Positions 1 to 15,878 of a DNA stretch of 64,000 nucleotides are shown here, piece after piece; position 1 is the stretch's first letter, and every line of letters begins with the position of its first letter. The notes beneath the pieces are model-generated. The model made no database searches, was not told the origin of the DNA, and saw nothing but the letters and a program-made list of their open reading frames with translations. The translations under genes and the position numbers were made by a program. The DNA lies in NCBI RefSeq assembly GCF_009914755.1, contig NC_060927.1, one strand, 5' to 3'. The DNA is from the human T2T-CHM13v2.0 reference genome, Homo sapiens.

Positions 1-449
1 TGTTTGAATTTATAAAAAATTTAAAAAGCAGTTTTCATGATGAGTTTGGATATGTACATTATAACTCTAATGCCACTTTTAATCGATAACTTATAAACAT
101 TTAAAGTATTATATTTGAAAGAAAATTATTATTTTTTTATACATTGAATAGAGGTTATTTTGAAGTGCACATTTCAACATTTTTCTAAAAATACTACACC
201 AAAACTTTGTTGAAAATACTTGCCTTTTTCAGAAATATATGTGACTCAATTCTAGGCAAATATTTAAAAAATAAAAACACATTTGGATAATATAGGCAGC
301 ATTTTATTATAAATTTATTTCAAAAACCTCACATTTTCTGCAAATAAAATCAAGAAGTAAAGAATTAAGGGACAATTAATTAATGAGGATAATAGGAATT
401 CCAGGTGTAAATCATAAAATCATTATTTAATCAAGGACTTAATTAGTTG

Positions 450-3400
450 CTTTATCCACTCAATTGATGGGCATTTGGGTTGGTTCCACGATTTTGCAAT
501 TGTGAATTGTGCTGCTATAAACATGTGTGTGCAAGTATCTTTTTTGAATAATGATGTCTTTTTCTCTGGGTAGATACCCAGTAGTGGGGTCGCTGGATCA
601 AATGGTAGTTCTACTTTTAGTTCTTTAAGGAGTCTCCACACTGTTTTCCATAGAGGCTCTACTGGTTTACACTCCCATCATCAGTGTAAAGTGTTCCCTG
701 TTCACCACATCCATGCCAGCATCTACTGTTTTTTGATTTTTTGATTATGACCATTCTTGCAAGAATAAGGTGGTATCACACTGTGGTTTTGATTTGCATT
801 TCCCTGATCATTAATGATGTTGAGCATTTTTTCATATGTTTGTTGGCCATTTGTATATCTTCTTTTGAGAATTGCCTATTCAAGTCCTTAGCCCACTTTT
901 TGATGGGATTTTTTTTTTCTTACTGATTTGTTTGAGTTCACTATCGTTTCTGGATATTAGTCCTTTGTCAGATGTATAGATTGTGAAGATTTTCTCCCAC
1001 TCTGTGGGTTGTCTGTTTACTCTGCTGACTGTTCCTTTTGCCGTGCAAAAGCTCTTTAGTCTAATTTGGTCCCAGCTGTTTATCTTTGTTTCTATTGCAT
1101 TTGCCTTTGGGTTCTTGGTCATGAAATCCTTGCCTAAGCCAGTGTCTAGAAGAGTTTTACCAATGTTATCTTCTAGAATTTTTATAGTTTCATACCTTAG
1201 ATTGAAGTCCTTAATCCATCTTGAGTTGATTTTTGCATAAATTAATAGATGAGGTTCCAGTTTTATTCTCCTACATGTGGCTAGCCAATTATCCCAGCAC
1301 CATTTGTTGAATATAGTGTCCTTTCCCCACTTTATGTTTTTGTTTGCTTTGTCAAAGATCAGTTGGCTGTAAGTATTTGGGTTTATTTCTGGGTTCTCCA
1401 TTCTGTTCCATTGGTATGTGCCTATTTTTATACCAGTACCATGCTGTTTTGGTGACTATGGCCTTATAGTATAGTTTCAAATCAGGTAATGTGATGCCTC
1501 CAGATTTGTTCTTTTTGCTTAGTCTTTCTTTGGCTATGTGGGCTCTTTTTGGTTTCATTTGAATTTGACAATTGTTTTTTCAAATTCTGTGAAGAATGAA
1601 GGTGGTATTGTGATGGCAGTTGCATTGAATTTGTAGGTTGCTTTTGGCAGTGTGGTCATTTTCATAATATTGATTCTACCCATCCATGAGCATGGGATAT
1701 GTTTCCATTTGTTTGTGTCATCTATGATTTATTTCAGCGGTGTTTTATAGTTTTTTTTTGTAGAGGTCTTTCACTTCCTTGGTTAGGTATATTTTGAAGT
1801 TTTCTTTTTTACAGCTATTGTAAGAGGGGTTGAGTTCTTGATTTGATTCTCAGCTTGGTCGCTGTTGGTGTGTAGAAGAGGTACTGGTGTGTGTACATTA
1901 ATTTTGTATCTGGAAACTTTGCTGAATTCTTTGATCAGTTCTAGAAGCTTTCTGGAGGAGTCTTTAGGGTTTTCAAGATAAACGATCATACTGTCAACAA
2001 ACAGCAACAGTTTGACTTCCTCTTTACTGATTTGGATGCCCTTTATTTCTTTCTCTTGTCTGATTGCTCTGGCTAGGACTTACAGTACTATGTTGAATAG
2101 AAGTGGTGAGAATGGGCATCCTTGTCTTGTTCCAGTTCTCAGGTGGAATGCTTTTAACTTTTCCTTGTTCAGTATTATGTTGGCTGTGTGTTTGTCATAG
2201 ATGGCTTTATTATATTGAGGTATGTCCCTTCTATGCAAATTTTGCTGAGAGTTATAATCATAAAAGGATGCTGGATTTTTTTGAATGCTTTTTCTGGATC
2301 TATTGAGGTGATTATGTTATTTTTGTTTTAAATTCTGTTGATGTGGTGTATCACATTTATTGACTTGCATATGTTAAATCATCCTTGCATTCCTGGTATG
2401 AGACCCACTTGATCATTGTGGATTTTTTTTTTTTTGATATGTTGTTGGGCTCAGTTAGCTAGTATTTTGTTAAAGATTTTTTGTATCTATGTTCATCAAG
2501 GATATCAGTCTGTACTTTTCTTTTTTTTGTTATGTCCTTTTCTGATTTTGGTATTATGGTGATACTGGCTTCATAGAATGATTTAGGGAGGGTTCCCCCT
2601 TTCTCTATCTTGTGGAATAGTGTCAAAAGGATTGGTACCAATTCTTTGAATGTCTGGTAGAATTCTGCTGTGAATCCATCTGGTCCTGGACTTTTTTTTG
2701 TTGGTAATTTTAAAATTACCATTTCAATCTCACTGCTTGTATTGGTCTGTTCAGGGTGTCTAATTTTTCCTGGTTTCAGCTAGGAGGGTTGTAGCTTTCC
2801 CATAATTTATCCATCTATTCTAGGTTTTCTAGTTCATGTGAATAATGGAGTTCATAGTAGCCTTGAATAATCTTTTTTATTTTTGTGGTGTTGTAATATC
2901 TCCCTTTTTGTTTCTAATTAAGCTTATTTGGATTTTCTGTCTTCTTTTCTTGGTTAATTTTGCTAATGGTCTATCAATTTTATTGGTTCTTTCAAAGATC
3001 CAACTTTTTGTTTCATTTATCTTTTGTATTTTTTTTTGTTTCAATTTCATTCGGTCTGCTCTGATCTTGGTTATTCCCTTTCTTCTGCTGAGTTTGGGTT
3101 TGGTTTGGTTTTGTTTCTCTAGTTCCTTAAGGTGTGAACTCAGATTGTCTGTGCTCTTTTGGACTTTTTGACATAAGCGTTTAGGGCTATGAACTTTCCT
3201 CTTAGCACCACCTTTGCTGTGTCCCAGAGGTTATGGTAGGTTGTGTTACAATTGTCATTTCATTCAAAGATTTTTTAAATTTTCATCTTGATTTCATTTT
3301 AGACCCAATGATCATTCAGGAGCAGGTTATTTAATTTCCATGTATTTGCATTGTTTTAAAGGTTTCTTTTGGAGTTGATTTTTAGTTTTATTCCACTGTA

Positions 3401-5640
3401 TTCTGAGAGAGTGCTTTGTTATAATTTCAGTTTTTTTGAATTTATTGAGGCCTGTTTTGTGGCCTATCATATGGTCTATCTTGGAGAAAGTTCCATGCGC
3501 TGTTGAATAGAATGTATATTCTGCAGTTGATGGATGGAATGTTCTGTATATTGCTATTAAGCCTGTTTGTTCCAGGGTATAGTTTACATCCATTGTTTCT
3601 TTGTTGACTTCCTGTCTTGATGACCTGTCTGGTGCTGTGAGTGGAGTATTAAAGTTTCCCACTATTATTGTGTTGAAATCTATCTCATTTCTTTGGTCTA
3701 TTAGTAATTGTTTTATAAATTTGGGAGCTCCAGTGTTAGATGAATATATATTTAGGATTGTGATATTTTCCTGTTGGACAAGGCCTTTTATTCTTAAATA
3801 ATGACCCTTTTTGTCTTTTTTAACTGCTGTTGCTTTAAAGTTTGTTTTTTTCTGATATAAGAATAGTTACTCCTGCTTGTTTTTGTTGTGCATTTACCTG
3901 AAATGTCTTTTTCCATCCCTTTACTTTAAATTTGTGTGAGTCCTTATGTGTTAGGTGAGTCTCTTGAAGGCATCAGAGAGTTGGTTGGTAAATTCTCATC
4001 CATTCTGCCATTTTGTATCTTTTAAGTGGAGCATTTAGGCCATTTACATTCAATGTTAGTATTGAGATGTAAGGTTCCATTCCCTTCACTGTGCTGTTTG
4101 TTGCCTGCATACCTTGTTTTTTCATTTTTCGTGTTTGTTTTTTAAATTGTATTTTTGCTTTATAAGTCCTGTGAAATTTATGCTTTAAAGAGGTTCTGTT
4201 TTGGTGTATTTCCAGGATTTGTTTCAAGATTTAGAGCTCCTTTTCGCAGTTCTTGTTGCGTTGGCTTTGTAGTGGTGAATTCCCTCATCATTTGTTTGTC
4301 TGAAAAAGACTGTATCTTTCCTTTATATATGAAGTTTAGTTTCACTGGATACAAAATTATTGGCTGATAATTGCTTTGTTTGAGGAGGCTGAAGATAGGG
4401 CCCCAATCCCTTTTAGCTTGTAGGGTTTCTGCTAAGAAATCTGCTGTTAATCTGATAGGTTTTTCCTTTACAAGTTACCTGGTACTTTTGTCTCACAGTT
4501 TTTAAGATTCTTTCCTTCATCTTAACTTAGATAACCTGAAGACAATGTGCCTAGGTGATGTTCTGGCAATGAATTTCCCAGGTGTTCTTTGAGCTCTTGT
4601 ATTTGGATGTCTAGGTCTCTAGCAAGGCTGGGGAATTTTCTTCAGTTATTCCCCCAAATATCTTTTCCAAACTTATAGATTTCTATTCTTCCTCAGGAAC
4701 ACCGATTATTCTTAAGTTTGATCGTTTAACATAATCCCAGACTTCTTGGAGGCTTTGCTTGTATTTTCTTATTCTTTTTTCTTTGTCTTTGTTGGATTGG
4801 GTTAATTTGAACACCTTGTCTTTTAGCTCTGAATTTCTTTCTTCTACTTCTTCAATGCTATTGCTGAGACTTTCCAGAGCATTTTGCATTTCTATAATTG
4901 TGTCTGTTGTTTCCTGAAGTTTTGATTGTTTTTTATTTATGCTATCTATTTTCTTGAATATTACTCCCTTCACTTCTTGTATCGTTTTTTGGGTTTCCTT
5001 GCATAGAGCTTCGCCTTTCTCTGATGCCTCCCTGATTAGCTTAATACCTAACCTCCTGATTTTTCTTTCAGGTAAATCATGGATTTCTTCTTGGTTTGGG
5101 TTAATTGCTGGTGAGCTAGTATGATTTTTTGGAGGAGTTAAAGAACCTTGTTTTGTCATATTACCAGAGTTGGTTTTCTGGTTCCTTCTCAGTTGGTAGG
5201 CTTTGTCAGAGGGAAGTTCTAGGGCTGAAGGCTGTTGTTCAGATTCTTTTGTCTTACAGGGTGTTCTCTTGATTTAGTATTATCCCCATTTTCCTATGGA
5301 TGTGGCTTCCTGTGGGCCGAGCTGTAGTGACTGTTATCTATCTTCTGGATCTAGCCGCCCACCAAGTCTACCCAGCTCCAGGCTGGTACCAGGGGTTGTC
5401 TGCCCAGAGTCCTGTGATGTGAACCATCTGTGGATCTCTCATCTGTGGATACCAGCACATTATTTGGGGTGTCTCCTGGGTCCTGCAGGAGCAATCTGCT
5501 TCCTTCAGGGTCCTCTCTGGTTTTCAGATTTATTCCTACAGTCGTTCTGGAGCAAAAATTTGTGATGCAAACCTCCACACACTGCTCTGTCTGTCCAAGT
5601 TGGAGCTGCAATCTAGTCCTGCCTCCCATCCACCGTAATC
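450..5640 (-). mobile_element. Old LINE-1 (L1PB-like), 5' end present, 3'UTR/polyA missing, ORFs disrupted
   Basis: ORF1 fragment MTKQGSLTPPKNHTSSP (4683-5159), EN fragment [24 protein letters not shown], and ORF2 C-terminal [10 protein letters not shown] and [12 protein letters not shown]. The 5' end resembles 62090-62160. Confidence 0.93.
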
Positions 5641-5679
5641 CCTTCTCCTTTTTTTTTTTCTTTATGGAGGTGATCAAGT

Positions 5680-7087
5680 TACAACTGATTTTGATAGAAG
5701 CACCAAGAACACTCGTTGGGGAAAAGACAGTTTCTTCAGTAAATGTTGCTTGGAAAACTGAATATACATATGCAGAAGAAGGAAACTAGACTCCCACCTC
5801 TCACCCTAAAGAAAACTCAAAATGAATCAAAATCCTAAATGTAAGACCAAAAACTATAAAACTACTAGTAGAAAACATAGGGGAAATGCTTCAGGACGTT
5901 GGCCTGGGAAAAGATATTGTGAATAAGACCTCAAAAGCACAGGCTGGAAAAGCAAAAATAAACAAATAGGATTATATCAAATTGAAAAGCTTCTTCAGAG
6001 CAAGTGAAACAACCAACAGAGTGAAAAGACAACTCGTTGAATGAGAAAAAAATATTTGCAAACTATTTATCCAACAGGGATTAGTGTCCAGAATATATAA
6101 GAACACAAACTTCTCAACAGTAAAAAAACAAGACAAAACAAAAACAAACAACACACACACACACACACACATACACAAACACAGTTCTATTAAAAGAAGG
6201 GGAAATGATCTGAACAGACATTTCTCAAAAGAAGACATATGAATGGCCAAAAACATACGAAAAATACTCAACATTAATCTTCAGAGAAATGTGAGTCAAA
6301 ACCACAATAGGCTATCATCTCATCCCAGTTCGGGTGGCTATCATCAAAAATACAAAAAATAACAAATGCTGGCAAGGATGTGGAGAAAAGGAAACTCTTA
6401 TACACTGTTGGTGGGAATGTACACTAGTATAGCCACTATGGAGAGCAGTGTGGGGGCTCCTCAAGAATCTATTAAATAGAACTACAGCAATCTCACTTCT
6501 GGGCCTTTATCTGAAGGAAAGGAAATCCTGCACTCTCATGTTTATTGTAGCACCATTTACAATAGCCAAGATATAGAATCAACCTAGGTATCCAACAACA
6601 GATGAATACATAAAGAAAATGCAATATATATAGTTAATGAACTAATCAGCTATGAAAAAGAATAAAATCCTGTTATTGTGGCAAGATGGATGTTCTTATA
6701 CATATACAGAAGCTAAAAAACGATCTCATAGAAGTAAAAATTAGAACAGAGCATATTGGAGGCTGGGAAGTAAAGGGGGAAGGGAAGGATAGGGGAAGAT
6801 TTGTTAAAGGATACAAACTTACAGCTAAATATGAGAAATAAGTTCTAGTGCTCTATAACACTGTAGGATGACTATAGTTAGCAAAAATATATTAGATAGT
6901 TTCAAATAGCTAAAGTAGGATATTGAACATTCTTAACACAAATAAATGATAAATGTTTGAGATGATGTATATACTGATTACCCTGATCTGATCACTATAC
7001 TTTGTATGTATCATAACATCACTACATACTCCATGTATGTATAATTATTATATGTCAATTAAAAAACAAATGAAAAAATAAAAAATG
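5680..7087 (+). mobile_element. 5'-truncated L1MA-type LINE-1 (ORF2 3' end plus 3'UTR) with internal (CA)n
   Basis: Degenerate ORF2 C-terminal DNA followed by an L1MA-type 3'UTR (aataagttctagtg...accctgatctgatcactatac) and an A-rich tail. Confidence 0.85.
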
Positions 7088-7604
7088 CTAGTAAATAAAT
7101 GATCATATTCAATATTATTTAAATTTATTTAACTTTATGAAATCTGGAATTTTAGCTTCTGGTTGTATGGAGGTCTAGATAACCTGGATGCCTTTCATAC
7201 TAGAATAAAACTATTTGTTAAACTAAAAAAAAAAGTTTAAGAAAGACTTGACAATAAACCAAATAGTTCTAGAAAATATTTTGACCATTAGTGAAAATAG
7301 TTAAAATTTGTAACCAATAAAAATAAAACTTCTAGAAACAATAATATTGAAGAAAAACAATGTTGTATGTAAGGTATGGGAGTAAAGTACAATGTGTTTT
7401 TATATGAAAAGCATGCAAGGAATGTAGAATGTGCTTTTGTTAAGGAAAAAAGCAGAATAATTTTGTCTTAAAGTAAAATGAGAAAAAGGGAAAGCGTAGG
7501 ACAGAACCTGAATGAATCTAGAAAGTTGTAGAAAGTTTGCAAAAAGGGAATTTAATTTTGTGAGGGCAAAACTGGCTAAGATTAAATGGCTTTATTTATA
7601 AGAC

Positions 7605-7780
7605 TTTTTTTTTTTTTTTCCTCAGAGGTAGGGTCTCTCTCTGTCACCTAGGCTGGAGTGCAGTGGCGTGATCATAGCTTCATAGCTTATTGCAGCCTTG
7701 AACTCCTGGTCCCCAAGTGATCCTCCTGCTTTGGCCTCCCAAATTGCTGAGATTACCAGCGTGAGCCATTGTGCCTGGCC
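7605..7780 (-). mobile_element. Alu monomer (AluJ/FRAM-like)
   Basis: PolyT, then right-arm 3' sequence joined to a left-arm-like 5' end; 8-nt duplication catagctt. Confidence 0.88.
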
Positions 7781-7785
7781 AGATT

Positions 7786-8093
7786 CTTTGGTTTGTTTGT
7801 TTTTATTGAGACAGAGTCTCCCTCTGTCACCCAAGGCTGGAGTGCAGTGGTGTGATTTCAGCTCACGGCAAGCCTCCCCCTTCCAGGTTCAAGTGATTCT
7901 CCAGCCTCAGCCTCCTAAGTAACTGGGACTACAGGTGTGTGCCACCATGCTTACATAATTCTTTTGTGCTCTTAGTAGAGACAGGGTTTCTCCATGTTGG
8001 CCAGGCTGGTCTTGAACTTCTGACCTCAGGTGTTCCGCCCTCCTTGCCTTCCCAAAGTGCTGGAATTACAAGGGTGAGCCACTGTGCCCAGGC
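7786..8093 (-). mobile_element. Alu dimer (AluS/J)
   Basis: gagacagagtctc...cccaaagtgctggaattaca...gagccactgtgcccagg. Confidence 0.93.
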
Positions 8094-8209
8094 TTTTTTT
8101 CTTTTTTAATTAGGAAAATAATGTATTGACACAAGACTAGAGTTTGATTTTCTCTCTGTTAAAATGATAAAGTTTCTTGGCTCATCAATCTGTTCTTAAT
8201 AAGAGATAG

Positions 8210-8331
8210 AGGCTCATGCCTGTTAATCCTAGCACTTTGGGAGGCTGAGGTGGGTGGATCACTTGAGCCCAGGAGTTCTAGACCAGTGTGGGCAACATGG
8301 TGAAACCCCACCTTAAAAAAAAAAAAAAAAA
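8210..8331 (+). mobile_element. Alu left monomer (FLAM-like)
   Basis: ggctcatgcctgt...agcactttgggaggctgagg...tgaaacccc followed by polyA. Confidence 0.88.
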
Positions 8332-8611
8332 GATGATAAAAGGTTTCTGTTTAGCTTGGAAAACAAAGATTCTGTGTCTTTTTTTCTTTTTTTTTTTTTT
8401 TTTAATTATTATTATACTTTAAGTTTTAGGATACATGTGCACAATGTGCAGGTTAGTTACATATGTATACATGTGCCATGCTGGTGTGCTGCACCCATTA
8501 ACTCGTCATTTAGCATTAGGTATCCTAATGCTATCCCTCCCCCCTCCCCCGACCTCACAACAGTCCCCAGAGTGTGATGTTCCCCTTCCTGTGTTCATGT
8601 GTTCTTATTGT

Positions 8612-12463
<3,852 letters not shown>

Positions 12464-12526
12464 TATGATGTTATGTGGTTATTTTGCTCGTTAGTTGATG
12501 CAGTTTCTTCCTACCATTGATGGTCT

Positions 12527-13543
12527 TTACAATTTGGCATGTTTTTGCAGTGGCTGGTACCAGTTGTTCCTTTCCATGTTTAGTGCTTCCTTCAGGAGTT
12601 CTTGTAAGGCAGTCCTGGTGGTGAGAAAACCTCTCAGCATTTGCTTGTCTGTAATGGATTTTATTTCTCCTTTGCTTATGAAGCTTAGTTTGGCTGGATT
12701 TGAAATTCTGGGTTGAAAATTCTTTTCTTTAAGAATGTTGAATATTGGCCCCCACTCTCTATTGGCTTGTAGAGTTTCTGCCGAGAGATCCGCTTTTAGT
12801 CTGATGGACTTCCCTTTGTGGGTAACCCGACCTTTCTCTCTGGCTGCCCTTAACATTTTTTCCTTCATTTCAACTTTGGTGAATCTGACAATTATGTGTC
12901 TTGGAGTTGCTCTTCTCGAGGAGTATCTTTGTGGCGTTCTCTGTATTTCCTGAATCTTAATGTTGGCCTGCCTTGCTAGATTGGGGAAGTTCTCCTGGAT
13001 AATATCCTGCAGAGTGTTTTCTAACTTGGTTCCATTCTCCCCGTCACGTTCAGGTACACCAATCAGATGTAGATTTGGTCTTTTCACATAGTCCCATATT
13101 TCTTGGAGGCTTTGGTCGTTTCTTTTTATTCTTTTTTCTCTAAACTTCCCTTCTCGCTTCATTTCATTCATTTCATCTTCCATCACTGATACCCTTTCTT
13201 CCAGTTGATCGCATCGGCTCTTGAGGCTTCTGCCTTCTTCACGTAGTTCTCGAGCCTTAGCTTTCAGCTCCATCAGCTCCTTTAAGCACTTCTCTGTATT
13301 GGTTATTCTAGTTATACATTCGTCTAAATTTTTTTCAAAGTTTTCAAGTTCTTTGCCTTTGGTTTGAATTCCCTCCTGTAGCTCGGAGTAGTTTGATTGT
13401 CTGAAGCCTTCTTCTCTCAACTGGTCAAAGTCATTCTCCGTCCAGCTTTGTTCCGTTGCTGGTGAGGAACGGCGTTCCTTTGGAGGAGGAGAGGCTCTCT
13501 GCTTTTTCAAGTTTCCAGTTTTTCTGTTCTGTTTTTTCCCCAT
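12527..13543 (-). CDS. ORF1: L1 ORF1p, open 338-aa frame (RNA-binding chaperone), with substitutions in essential motifs
   Basis: Canonical length; coiled coil with MEL stammer, RRM and REKG motif. ARR reads ANR and YPAKLS reads NPAKLS. Confidence 0.93.
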   Translation of the reverse strand: MGKKQNRKTGNLKKQRASPPPKERRSSPATEQSWTENDFDQLREEGFRQSNYSELQEGIQTKGKELENFEKNLDECITRITNTEKCLKELMELKAKARELREEGRSLKSRCDQLEERVSVMEDEMNEMKREGKFREKRIKRNDQSLQEIWDYVKRPNLHLIGVPERDGENGTKLENTLQDIIQENFPNLARQANIKIQEIQRTPQRYSSRRATPRHIIVRFTKVEMKEKMLRAAREKGRVTHKGKSIRLKADLSAETLQANREWGPIFNILKEKNFQPRISNPAKLSFISKGEIKSITDKQMLRGFLTTRTALQELLKEALNMERNNWYQPLQKHAKL

Positions 13544-14126
13544 CTTTGTGGTTTTATCTCCTTTTGGTCTTTGATGATGGTGATGTACAGATGGGTTTTT
13601 GGTGTGGATGTCCTTTCTGTTTGTTAGTTTTCCTTCTAACAGACAGGACCCTCAGCTGCAGGTCTGTTGGAGTTTGCTAGAAGTCCACTCCAGACCCTGT
13701 TTGCCTGGGTATCAGCAGCGGTGTCTGCAGAACCGCGGATTTTCGTGATCCGCGAATGCTGCTGTCTGATCGTTCCTCTGGAGGTTTTGTCTCAGAGGAG
13801 TACCCGGCCGTGTGAGGTATCAGTCTGCCCCTACTGGGGGGTGCCTCCCAGTTAGGCTTCTCAGGGGTCAGGGGTCAAGGACTCACTTGAGGAGGCAGTC
13901 TGCCCGTTCTCAGATCTCCAGCTGCGTGTTGGGAGAACCACTGCTCTCCTGAAAGCTGTCAGACAAGGACATTTAAGTCTGCAGAGGTTACTGCTGTCTT
14001 TTTGTTTGTCTGTGCCCTGCCCCCAGAGGTGGAGCCTACAGAGGCAGGCCGGCCTTCTTGAGCTGTGGTGGGCTCCACCTGGTTCGAGCTTCCCGGCTGC
14101 TTTGTTTACCTAAGTGAGCCTGGGCA

Positions 14127-14486
14127 ATGGCGGGCGCCCCTCCCCCAGCCTCGCTGCCGCCTTGCAGTTTGATCTCAGATTGCTGTGCTAGCAATCAGCG
14201 AGACTCCATGGGCATAGGACCCTCCGAGCCACGTGCGGGATATAATCTCCTGGTGCACCATTTCCTAAGCCCATCGGAAAAGCGCAGTATTCGGGTCGGA
14301 ATGGCCCTATTTTCCAGGTGCCATCTGTCACCCTTTTCCTTGACCTGGAAAGGGAACTCCCTGATCCCTTGCACTTCCCCCAGTGAGGCAATGCCTCGCC
14401 CTGCTTCGGCTGGCACACGGTGCTCTGCACCCACTGTTCTGCGCCCACTAGTGAGCGCAGAAGACTGTTTGTCTGGCACTCCCTAG
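14127..14486 (+). CDS. ORF0: L1 ORF0 (antisense 5'UTR ORF), 119 aa
   Basis: MAGAPPPASLPPCSLISDCCASNQRDS... matches primate ORF0; start context gcaATGG. Confidence 0.8.
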   Translation: MAGAPPPASLPPCSLISDCCASNQRDSMGIGPSEPRAGYNLLVHHFLSPSEKRSIRVGMALFSRCHLSPFSLTWKGNSLIPCTSPSEAMPRPASAGTRCSAPTVLRPLVSAEDCLSGTP

Positions 14487-15365
14487 TGAGATGAACCTGG
14501 TACCTCAGATGGAAATACAGAAATCACCCGTCTTCTGCGTCGCTCACGCTGGGAGCTGTAGACCGGAGCTGTTCCTATTCGGCCATCTTGGCTCCTCCCT
14601 GTCTTTTCAAAATAGTTTTCTGTGCTGTGTTGTTTTTATCATGTCTTCAATTTTTTAATTGAAAACATGTTATCTCCTATATTTATATTTGAGGTATTTT
14701 ATGACCATTATTGTTAAATAGATAACTAAGTATTTTTTCACAATTACATATGATCTTATTTAATTGAATGTTCAAACCTTTTGACATTTTGGCTTTTCTT
14801 GACCTTGAAGTGAACTTGACGTTTCCTAGACAGCCCCTGGAAAACATCAAAGGATTTGTTTTCTTACCTTGTTAAAAGAGAGATGCTAGACTAGTTAGAT
14901 TTATTATTTTTTTCACTAAATTCCCTGGGAAACATTGTCAAAGAAGAGAGATTATTTCAGAAGGAATATAAGGTTCCTAGAAATCATCAATGGTCTTCCT
15001 ATTTAAGATATGTCCTCTATAATGTTATTGGTTAAAAGTTCAGTTATTATTTAAAATGTCATGTAATATAACAACCAAATTTCCTCATCAATTGTATTTT
15101 TATAATGAACTTTCACTAAATCTTTAACTATAGCCATCTTAAGTCTTGTCACCCACAGATAGTTATTTTACTCTTATGCTTTCCTAAGAGCTCTTACAGC
15201 TACAGAACACTTTAAAGAAAACTGTCTCAGAAACCCATGGAAAAGGACTATGTTACGTATTTTGAGATACAGATTTCTGATGGCTTTGCCTAAGTAATTT
15301 TGAGATCATACCAATGATCAAGATTTCCAAAACTCTAATAAAAATCTGATGAACTCATAAAATTG

Positions 15366-15839
15366 CTGTTTTAGTCAGTTTGGGCTGCTACAACAAATTA
15401 CCATAGACTTGGCTGGGTTTGTCGGCTCATGCCTGTAATCCCAGCAGTTTGAGGGGTCAAGGCAGGTAGATCACCTGAGGTTGAGACCAGCCTGGCTAAT
15501 GTGGAGAAACCCTGTCTCTACTAAAAATAAAAAAAATTAGCCAGGCCTGGTGGTGTGTGCCTGTAGTCCCAGCTACTCATAAGGCTGAGGGAGGAGAATT
15601 GCTTGAACACAACAGGCAGAGGTTGCGCCGGTGCACTCCAGCCTGGGTGACAGAACAAGACTGTCTCAAAAAAAAAAAAAATTTACCATAGACTGGATGT
15701 TTTACACTATATAAACATTTATTTCTCATGGTTTGGTTGCTGGGAAGACCAAGACAAAGGTGCTGGCAGACTCAGTATCTGGTTAGGGAACTCTTTCTGG
15801 TTTGTAGATGATCATTTTCTTGTTATATCCTCACATGGC

Positions 15840-15870
<31 letters not shown>

Positions 15871-15872
15871 GA
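15366..15872 (-). mobile_element. MLT1A-like MaLR LTR fragment with Alu insertion and (GA)n
   Basis: tgttttagtcagtttgggctgct...ttaccatagact...atttatttctca...cctcacatggcagagaga. Confidence 0.75.
15411..15681 (+). mobile_element. Alu (AluS-like, internal deletions)
   Basis: Alu dimer with polyA; TSD ttaccatagact on both sides. Confidence 0.92.
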
Positions 15873-15878
15873 GACAGA

